DNA from: the human T2T-CHM13v2.0 reference genome, Homo sapiens
Direction: 5' to 3' (one strand)
DNA: 64,000 bases
Assembly (NCBI RefSeq): GCF_009914755.1
Contig: NC_060948.1
Every line of letters begins with the position of its first letter. Position 1 is the stretch's first letter. The notes under the pieces are model-generated. The model had not been told where the DNA came from. It did not search any database and saw only the letters and a list, made by a program, of their open reading frames with translations. Both the position numbers and the translations under genes were made by a program. Of the stretch, positions 1 through 10,612 are shown one piece after another.

Positions 1-207
1 TGGAATGGTGTAGTATGCAATGCAATCGACTGGCAGGGAATCAAAAGGAATGTAATGGAATGGATTGGACTGGAATGCAATGGACTCGAATAGATTGGAA
101 ACGGAATGCAAAGGAATGGAATGGAATAGTATGGAATGGAATGGAAAGGAATGGAGTGGAATAGACTAGAGTGGAATGGAATGGACTGGAAAGCAATGGA
201 CTGGAAT

Positions 208-222
208 GGAACTTTCTTGAAT
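208..222. promoter_or_regulatory. Consensus heat-shock element (HSE-1), present at the homologous site of most units
   Basis: gGAAc-tTTCt-tGAAt = nGAAn nTTCn nGAAn. Motif match only; binding is not shown. Confidence 0.45.
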
Positions 223-2440
223 GGACTGGAATCAAACGGAATGGAATGCAATGCAATCAAATGGCATAGAATAAGATAGAATGAAAGAGAATCAAATGGA
301 ATTGAATGGAATGGAATCGAATGGATTGGAAAGGAATAGAATGGAATGGAATGGAATTGACTCAAATGGAATGGACTAGAATGGAATGGATTCGAATGGA
401 AGGCAAAGGAATGGAATCTATTGGAATGGACTGTAATGGAATGCAATGGAAGGGATTGGAATGGACTCGAATGGAATGGACTGCAATAGAAAGGATACGA
501 ATGGAATGAAAAAGAATTGAATGGAATAGAACAGAATGGAAACAAATCGAATGAAATGGAATGGAATAGAAAGGAATGGAATGAAATGGAATGGAAAGGA
601 TTCGAATGGAATGCAAACGAATGGAATGGAATCGAACGGAATGGAATAAAATGGAAGAAAACTGGCAAGAAATGGAATCGAAATGAATGGAGTGTTATGG
701 AAGGGACTCAAAAGGAATTGAATGTAATAGAATGGAGTGGAGTGGACTCGAATATAATGGACTTGAATGGAATGAAATCACATGGAATGGGAACGAATGG
801 AATGGAATGGAAAGGAATGGAATCGAATGGAAAGGAATCGAATGGAAGGGAATGAAATTGAACCAACAGGAATGGAAGGGAATAGAATAGACGGTAATGG
901 AATGGACTCGAATAGAATGGACACGAATGCTCAAATTGAATGGACTCGAATGGAATGGAAACGAAAGGAATGTCATCGAATGGAATTGAATCGATTGGAA
1001 TGAAATCGCATAGAATGGAGTGGAATCAAATGGAATTGAATCGAAAGGAAAGGAAGCGAATGGACTGAAATGAAATGGAATGGAATTGAATGGAAAGTAA
1101 TGCAATGGAATAGAATGGAACGAAATTTCACGGAATGGAATCAAACTGAATGGAATCAAATCAATGGAATCTAATCAAATGGAATGGAAAGGAATTGAAT
1201 GGAGTAGATTGGATTGGATGGGATTGGAATGAAATGTACTGGAAAGGACTCGAATTTCATGAAACGGAATGGAATGAATTGGAACGGAATGGACTCGAAT
1301 GGAATGGAATGTCATGGAATGGCATCAAATGGAATGGCATCAAATGGAATGGAATCGAATGCAATGGAATGCTATGGAATGGAATGGAATGCATTGGAAT
1401 GGAATGTCCTCTAATGGAATGGATTCGAGTGGAATGGAATCGAATATAATGGAGTCGAATGAAATGGAATTGAAAAGAATGGGATCGAATACAATGGAAT
1501 ATACTGGAATGTAATGTAATGAACTCGAATGTAATTGACTGGAATGGAATGTATATGAATGGAATGTAATCGAATGGAAAGTAATCCAATGGAATAGAAT
1601 CTAATGCAATAAAATCGACTCAGATAGAGTAGAATGTAATGGAATGGAGTGCAGTGCAATGGAATGGAATGGAATGGAATGCAATGGAATGGAATGGAAT
1701 GGGATGGAATGGTATGGAATGGATAGTAATGGACTGGAGTGAAATGGACTGGAAAGGAATGGACTCAAATTGAAAGGGCTCGAAAGGAATGGAGACAAAT
1801 GGTATGGTCTGGAATGGAATGAACACGAATGTAATGCAATCCAATAGAATAGAGTCGAATGGCATGGAATATAAAGAAATGGAATCGAAGAGAATAGAAA
1901 CAAATGGAATGGAATTGAATGGAATGGAATTGAGTGGAATGGGAACGAATGGAGTGAAATTGTATGCAGTAGAAGAGAATAGAATGGAATGCAAGCGAAA
2001 GGAAAGGAATGGATTGGAATGGAATGGAATTCATTGGAATGGAAGGGAATGTAGTGTAATGGACAGGCCTGGAATAAAGTGGAATGCTACGGTCTCGAGT
2101 GGAATAAAAATGTATGGATTGGAATGCAATGAAACGGAATCGAATGTCATAGAATGTAATGGAATGCAAAAAAATGGAATCCGAAATCATTGACTGGAAA
2201 GGCTGGGTGTCGAAAGGAATTGACTCCAATGGAATGGAATCGAATGGAATGGAAGTGAATAGAATCGAACTAAATCGAATGGAATGGAATTGATAGGAAC
2301 GGAATGGAAAGGAATGCAATGATTTGGCATGGAATGGAATCGAATGGCATCGAATGGAATGGAATGGAATGCAATGGAATGGAATGTATTAGAATGTAAT
2401 GAACTTTAATGGAATGTACTCGAAAGGATTTGACTGGAAT

Positions 2441-2455
2441 GGAATGTTCTGGAAG
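2441..2455. promoter_or_regulatory. Consensus heat-shock element (HSE-2), intact in every unit I inspected
   Basis: gGAAt-gTTCt-gGAAg. Motif match only. Confidence 0.5.
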
Positions 2456-2720
2456 TGAATGGACTCCAATGGAATGGATTCGAAAGGAATGGAATCGTAC
2501 GGAATGGAATCTAATGGAATGGAATTAAATGGAAATGAATCAAATTGAATAGCACGGAATTGAATTGAATGGAATGGAATGCAATGGAATCTAATGAAAC
2601 GGAAAGGAAAGGAATGCCATGGAATGGAATGGGCTGGAATGGAAAGGAATCGAAACGAATGGAATGGAATCGAACTGAAGAGACTGGAATGGAATGCACT
2701 GGAATGGAAGGGAGTGTAAT

Positions 2721-2735
2721 GGAAGGTTCTCGAAA
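2721..2735. promoter_or_regulatory. Consensus heat-shock element (HSE-3), present in most units
   Basis: gGAAg-gTTCt-cGAAa. Motif match only. Confidence 0.45.
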
Positions 2736-3529
2736 AAAATGGAATCGAATGGAATGGAATTGAGTGGAACGGAATAGAGTCGAATGGAATTGAATGGAAT
2801 GGAATGGACTAGAGTGAAATGGAATCGAACCACAAGGAATGGACAGGAATAGAATGGTCTCGAACTGAATGGAATCGTATGGAATGGCATCAAACGGAAT
2901 GGAATGGACAGCCACGGAATGGAATGCACTCGAATGCAATGGAGTCGAAACTAATGGACTGGAATAGAATGGACTCGACTGGTACGGACTCCAATGGAAT
3001 GGAATCGAATGGAAGGGAATCGAACGGAATGGACTCAAAGGGAAAAGACTGCAATGGAACGGTCTCGAATGGAATGGAAATTAATGGAATGGAATGGAAT
3101 CGAATGAAATGGAGTCAAAAGGAATGGAATCGAATGGCAAGAAATCGAATGTAATGGAATCGCAAGGAATTGATATGAACGGAACGGAATGGAATGGAAT
3201 CCAAAGGAGTGGAATAGAATGGAATGGAATCGAATGGAAAGGACTCGAATGGAAATCACTCGAATAGAATGCAATTTAATAAAATAGGATCAAATGTAAT
3301 GGAATGGAATGGAAAGGAATCGAAACGAAAGGAATGGAGACAGATGGAATGGAATGGAACAGATAGCAATGGTATACAATGGAATGGAATCATCTGGAAT
3401 GGAATTGAATGGAATGCAATAATATGAAATGGAATGGAATGGAATGGAATGGAATGCCCTTGAATTAAATGGACTGGACTCGAACAGAGTGGAATGGAAA
3501 GTGTTGAGATAGAATGGAATGGACTCCTT

Positions 3530-6500
3530 TGGAATGGTCTAGTATGCAATGCAATCGACTGGCAGGGAATCAAAAGGAATGTAATGGAATGGATTGGACT
3601 GGAATGCAATGGACTCGAATAGATTGGAAACGGAATGCAAAGGAATGGAATGGAATAGTATGGAATGGAATGGAAAGGAATGGAGTGGAATAGACTAGAG
3701 TGGAATGGAATGGACTGGAAAGCAATGGACTGGAATGAAACTTTCTTGAATGGACTGGAATCAAACGGAATGGAATGCAATGCAATCAAATGGCATGGAA
3801 TAAGATAGAATGAAAGAGAATCAAATGGAATTGAATCGAATGGAATCGAATGGATTGGAAAGGAATAGAATGGAATGGAATGGAATTGACTCAAATGGAA
3901 TGGACTAGAATGGAATGGATTCGAATGGAAGGCAAAGGAATGGAATCTATTGGAATGGACTGTAATGGAATGGAATGGAAGGGATTGGAATGGACTCGAA
4001 TGGAATGGACTGCAATAGAAAGGATTCGAATGGAATGAAAAAGAATTGAATGGAATAGAACAGAATGGAATCAAATCGAATGAAATGGAATGGAATAGAA
4101 AGGAATGGAATGAAATGGAATGGAAAGGATTCGAATGGAATGGAATCGAATGGAATGGAATCGAACGGAATGGAATAAAATGGAAGAAAACTGGCAAGAA
4201 ATGGAATCGAAATGAATGGAGTGTTATGGAACGGACTCAAAAGGAATTGAATGTAATAGAATGGAGTGGAGTGGACTCGAATATAATGGACTGGAATGGA
4301 ATGAAATCACATGGAATGGGAACGAATGGAATGGAATGGAAAGGAATGGAATCGAATGGAAAGGAATCGAACGGAAGGGAATGAAATTGAATCAACAGGA
4401 ATGGAAGGGAATAGAGTAGACTGTAATGGAATGGACACGAATAGAATGGACACGAATGCTCAAATTGAATGGACTCGAATGGAATGGAAAGGAAAGGAAA
4501 GTCATCGAATGGAATTGAATCGATTGGAATGAAATCGCATAGAATGGAGTGGAATCAAATGGAATTGAATCGAAAGGAAAGGAAGCGAATGGACTGAAAT
4601 GAAATGGAATGGAATTGAATGGAAAGTAATGCAATGGAATAGAATGGAACGAAATTTCACGGAATGGAATCAAACTGAATGGAATCAAATCAATGGAATA
4701 TAATCAAATGGAATGGAAAGGAATTGAATGGAGTAGATTGGATTGGATGGGATTGGAATGAAATGTACTGGAAAGGACTCGAATTTCATGAAACGGAATG
4801 GAATGAATTAGAACGGAATGGACTCGAATGGAATGGAATGTCATGGAATGGCATCAAATGGAATGGAATCGAATGCGATGGAATGCTATGGAATGGAATG
4901 GAATGCATTGGAATGGAATGTCCTCTAATGGAATGTATTCGAGTGGAATGGAATCGAATATAATGGAGTCTAATGAAATGGAATTGAAAGGAATGGGACC
5001 GAATACAATGGAATATACTGGAATGTAATGTAATGAACTCGAATGTAATTGACTGGAATGGAATGTACATGAATGGAATGTAATCGAATGGAAAGCAATC
5101 CAATGGAATAGAATCTAATGCAATAAAATCGACTCAAATAGAGTAGAATGTAATGGAATGGAGTGCAGTGCAATGGAATGGAATGGAATGGAATGCAATG
5201 GAATGGAATGGAATGGAATGGAATGGGATGGAATGGTATGGAATGGATAGTAATGGACTGGAGTGAAATGGACTGGAAAAGAATGGACTCAAATTGAAAG
5301 GGCTCGAAAGGAATGGAGTCAAATGGAATGGTCTGGAATGGAATGAACACGAATGTAATGCAATCCAATGGAATGGAATCGAATGGCATGGAATATAAAG
5401 AAATGGAATCGAAGAGAATGGAAACAAATGGAATGGAATTGAATGGAATGGAATTGAATGGAATGGGAACGAATGGAGTGAAATTGTATGCAGTAGAAGA
5501 GAATAGAATGGAATGCAAGCGAAAGGAAAGGAATGGATTGGAATGGAATGGAATTCATTGGAATGGAAGGGAATGTAGTGTAATGGACAGGCCTGGAATA
5601 AAGTGGAATGCTACGGTCTCGAATGGAATAAAAATGTATGGAATGGAATGCAATGAAACGGAATCGAATGTCATAGAATGTAATGGAATGCAAAAAAATG
5701 GACTCCAAAATCATTGACTGGAAAGGCTGGGGGTCGAAAGGAATTGACTCCAATGGAATGGAATCGAATGGAATGGAAGTGAATAGAATCGAACTAAATC
5801 GAATGGAATGGAATTGATAGGAACGGAATGGAAAGGAATGCAATGATTTGGCATGGAATGGAATCGAATGGCATCGAATGGAATGGAATGGATTGCAATG
5901 GAATGGAATGTATTAGAATGTAATGAACTTTAATGGAATGTACTCGAATGGATTCGACTGGAATGGAATGTTCAGGAAGTGAATGGACTCCAATGGAATG
6001 GATTCGAAAGGAATGGAATCTAATGGAATGGAATTAAATGGAAATGAATCAAATTGAATAGAACGGAATTGAATTGAATGGAATCGAATGCAATGGAATC
6101 TAATGAAACGGAAAGGAAAGGAATGGAATGGATTGGAATGGAATGGGCTGGAATGGAATGGAATCGAAACGAATGGAATGGAATCGAACTGAAGAGACTG
6201 GAATGGAATGCACTGGAATGGAAGGGAATGTAATGGAAGGTTCTCGAAAAAAATGGAATCGAAAGGAATGGAATTGAATGGAACGGAATAGAGTCGAATG
6301 GAATTCAATGGAATGGAATGGACTAGAGTGAAATGGAATCGAACCACAAGGAATGGACAGGAATAGAATGGTCTCGAATTGAATGGAATCGTATGGAATG
6401 GCATCAAACGGAATGGAATGGACAGCCACGGAATGGAATGGACACCCACGGAATGGAATGCACTCGAATGCAATGGAGTCGACACTAATGGACTGGAATA

Positions 6501-7068
6501 GAATGGACTCGACTGGTACGGAGTCCAATGGAATGGAATCGAATGGAAGGGAATCGAACGGAATGGACTCGAAGTGAAAAGACTGCAATGGAAAGGTCTC
6601 CAATGGAATGGAAATTAATGGAATGGAATGGAATCGAATGAAATGGAGTCAAAAGGAATGGAATCGAATGGCAAGAAATCGAATGTAATGGAATCGCAAG
6701 GAATGGATGTGAACGGAACGGAATGGAATGGAATCCAAAGGAATGGAATAGAATGGAATGGAATCGAATGGAAAGGACTCGAATGGAAATCACTCGAATA
6801 GAATGCAATTTAATAAAATAGGATCAAATGTAATGGAATGGAATGGAAAGGAATCGAAATGAAAGGAATGGAGACAGATGGAATGGAATGGAACAGAGAG
6901 CAATGGTATAGAATGGAATGGAATCATCTGGAATGGAATTGAATGGAATGGAATAAGATGAAATGGAATGGAATGGAATGGAATGCCCTTGAATTAAATG
7001 GACTGGAATGGAATGGACTCGAACAGAGTGGAATGGAAAGTGTTGAAATAGAATGGAATGGACTCCTT
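3530..7068 (+). repeat. DYZ1 unit 2 (3539 bp)
   Basis: Landmark spacing. 15-bp deletions near 4860 and 6020, a 20-bp duplication at 6421-6460, and an extra EcoRI site at 6301. Confidence 0.9.
5454..5607 (+). other. DYZ1 diagnostic segment bounded by Y-repeat sexing primer sites (154 bp, repeated in every unit)
   Basis: TTGAATGGAATGGGAACGAATGG at 5454-5476 and GGACAGGCCTGGAATAAAGTGGA at 5585-5607 (reverse complement TCCACTTTATTCCAGGCCTGTCC). These match my recollection of the Y1.2/Y1.1 DYZ1 PCR primers, which I have not verified against a database. The segment contains the EcoRI and HaeIII/StuI sites. Confidence 0.8.
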
Positions 7069-10000
7069 TGGAATGGTCTAGTATGCAATGCAATCGACTG
7101 GCAGAGAATCAAGAGGAATGTAATCGAATGGAAAGGACTGGAATGCAATGGAATCGAATAGATTGGAAACGGAAAGCAAAGGAATGGAATGGAATAGTAT
7201 GGAATGGAATGGAAAGGAATGGAGTGGAATAGACTAGAGTGGAATGGAATGGACTCGAAAGCAATGGACTGGAATGGAACTTTCTTGAATGGACTGGAAT
7301 CAAACGGAATGGAATGCAATGCAATCAAATGGCATGGAATAAAATAGAATGAAAGAGAATCAAACGGAATTGAATCGAATGGAATCGAATGGATTGGAAA
7401 GGAATAGAATGGAATGGAATGGAATTGACTCAAATGGAATGGACTAGAATGGAATGGATTCGAATGGAAGGCAAAGGAATGGAATCTATTGGAATGGACT
7501 GTAATGGAATGGAATGTAAGGGATTGGAATGGACTCAAATGGAATGGACTGCAATAGAAAGGATTCGAATGGAATGAAAAAGAATTGAATGGAATAAAAC
7601 AGAATGGAATCAAATCGAATGAAATGGAATGGAATAGAAAGGAATGGAAAGGATTCGAATGGAATGCAATCGAATGGAATGCAATCGAATGGAATGGAAT
7701 CGAACGGAATGGAATAAAATGGAAGAAAACTGGCAAGAAATGGAATCGAAATGAATGGAGTGTTATGGAACGGACTCAAAAGGAATTGAATGTAATAGAA
7801 TGGAGTGGAGTGGACTCGAATATAATGGACTGGAATGGAATGAAATCACATGGAATGGGAACGAATGGAATGGAATGGAAAGGAATGGAATCGAATGGAA
7901 AGGAATCGAATGGAAGGGAATGAAATTGAATCAACAGGAATGGAAGGGAGTAGAATAGACGGTAATGGAATGGACTCGAATAGAATGGACACGAATGCTC
8001 AAATTGAATGGACTCGAATGGAATGGAAACGAAAGGAATGTCATCGAATGGAATTGAATCGATTGGAATGAAATCACATAGAATGGAGTGGAATCAAATG
8101 GAATTGAATCGAAAGGAAAGGAAGCGAATGGACTGAAATGAAATGGAATGGAATTGAATGGAAATTAATGCAATGGAATAGAATGGAACGAAATTTCACG
8201 GAATGGAATCAAACTGAATGGAATCAAATCAATGGAATCTAATCAAATGGAATGGAAAGGAATTGAATGGAGTAGATTGGATTGGATGGGATTGGAATGA
8301 AATGCACTGGAAAGGACTCGAATTTCATGAAACGGAATGGAATGAATTGGAACGGAATGGACTCGAATGGAATGGAATGTCACGGAATGGCATCAAATGG
8401 AATGGCATCAAATGGAATGGAATAGAATGCAATGGAATGCTATGGAATGGAATGGAATGCATTGGAATGGAATGTCCTCTAATGGAATGCATTCGAGTGG
8501 AATGGAATCGAATATAATGGAGTCGAATGAAATGGAATTGAAAGGAATGGGATCGAATACCATGTAATATACTGGAATGTAATGTAATGAACTCGAATGT
8601 AATTGACTGGAATGGAATGTACATGAATGGAATGTAATCGAATGGAAAGTAATCCAATGGAATAGAATCTAATGCAATAAAATCGACTCAAATATAATAG
8701 AATGTAATGGAATGGAGTGCATTGCAATGGAATGGAATGGAATGGAATGCAATGGAATGGAATGGAATGGAATGGAATGGAATGGAATGGGATGGAATGG
8801 TATGGAATGGATAGTAATGGACTGGAGTGAAATGGACTGGAAAAGAATGGACTCAAATTGAAAGGGCTCGAAAGGAATGGAGTCAAATGGAATGGTCTGG
8901 AATGGAATGAATACGAATGTAATGCAATCCAATAGAATGGAATCGAAAGTTATGGAATATAAAGAATTGGAATCGAAGAGAATGGAAACAAATGGAATGG
9001 AATTGAATGGAATGGAATTGAATGGAATGGGAACGAATGGAGTGAAATTGTATGCAGTAGAAGAGAATAGAATGGAATGCAAGCGAAAGGAAAGGAATGG
9101 ATTGGAATGGAATGGAATTCATTGGAATGGAAGGGAATGTAGTGTAATGGACAGGCCTGGAATAAAGTGGAATGCTACGGTCTCGAATGGAATAAAAATG
9201 TATGGAATAGAATGCAATGAAACGGAATCGAATGTCATAGAATGTAATGGAATGCAAAAAATTGGAATCCAAAATCATTGACTGGAAAGGCTGGGTGTCG
9301 AAAGGAATTGCCTCCAATGGAATGGAATCGAATGGAATGGAAGTGAATAGAATGGAACTAAATCGAATGGAATGGAATTGATAGGAACGGAATGGAAAGG
9401 AATGCAATGATTTGGCATGGAATGGAATCGAATGGCATCGAATGGAATGGAATGGAATGCAATTGAATGGAATGTATTAGAATGTAATGAACTTTAATGT
9501 AATGTACTCGAATGGATTCGACTGGAATGGAATGTTCTCGAAGTGAATGGACTCCAATGGAATGGATTCGAAAGGAATGGAATCTAATGGAATGGAATTA
9601 AATGGAAATGAATCAAATTGAATAGAACGGAATTGAATGGAATGGAATCGAATGCAATGGAATCTAATGAAACGGAAAGGAAAGGAATGGAATGGATTGG
9701 AATGGAATGTGCTGGAATTGAATGGAATCGAAACGAATGGAATGGAGTCGAACTGAAGAGACTGAAATGGAATGCACTGGAATGGAAGGGAGTGTAATGG
9801 AAGGTTCTCGAAAAAAATGGAATCGAAAGGAATGGAATTGAATGGAACGGAATAGAGTCGAATGGAATTCAATGGAATGGAATGGACTAGAGTGAAATGG
9901 AATCGAACCACAAGGAATGGACAGGAACAGAATGGTCTCGAATTGAATGGAATCGTATGGAATGGCATCAAACGGAATGGAATGGACAGCAACGGAATGG

Positions 10001-10612
10001 AATGCACTCGAATGCAATGGAGTCGACACTAATGGACTGGAATAGAATGGACTCGACTGGTACGGACTCCATTGAAATGGAATTGAATGGAAGGGAATGG
10101 AACGGAATGGACTCGAAGGGAAAAGACTGCAATGGAAAGGTCTCGAATGGAATGGAAATTAATGGAATGGAATGGAATCGAATGAAATGGAGTCAAAAGG
10201 AATGGAATCGAATGGCAAGAAATCGAATGTAATGGAATCGCAAGGAATTGATGTGAACGGAACGGAATCGAATGGAATCCAAAGGAATGGAATAGAATGG
10301 AATGGAATCGAATGGAAAGGACTCGAATGGAAATCACTCGAATAGAATGCAATTTAATAAAATAGGATCAAATGTAATGGAATGGAATGGAAAGGAATCG
10401 AAACGAAAGGAATGGAGACAGATGGAATGGAATGGAACAGAGAGCAATGGTATAGAATGGAATGGAATCATCTGGAATGGAATTGAATGGAATGGAATAA
10501 TATGAAATGGAATGGAATGGAATGGAATGCCCTTGAATTAAATGGACTGGAATGGAATGGACTCAAACAGAGTGGAATGGAAAGTGTTGAAATAGAATGG
10601 AATGGACTCGTT
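7069..10612 (+). repeat. DYZ1 unit 3 (3544 bp)
   Basis: Landmark spacing. Balanced 15-bp deletion/duplication at 7641-7695 and an extra EcoRI site at 9865. Confidence 0.9.

Larger units (their letters stand above)
1..3529 (+). repeat. DYZ1 unit 1 (3529 bp; phase set arbitrarily at window start)
   Basis: The landmark TGGAATGGT(G/C)TAGTATGCAATGCAATCGACTGGCAGGG recurs at 3530. Carries a 10-bp deletion near 3475 shared with unit 5. Confidence 0.9.

Noticed and set aside
645-3283. AATAAA poly(A)-signal hexamers at 645, 1608, 2073, 2103 and 3278 (recurring per unit)
   Set aside because: They arise easily from xxAAT followed by a GG>AA variant pentamer. There is no clear downstream GU/U-rich element and no transcript evidence here. 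DYZ1 non-coding transcription is reported, but cannot be mapped from sequence alone.
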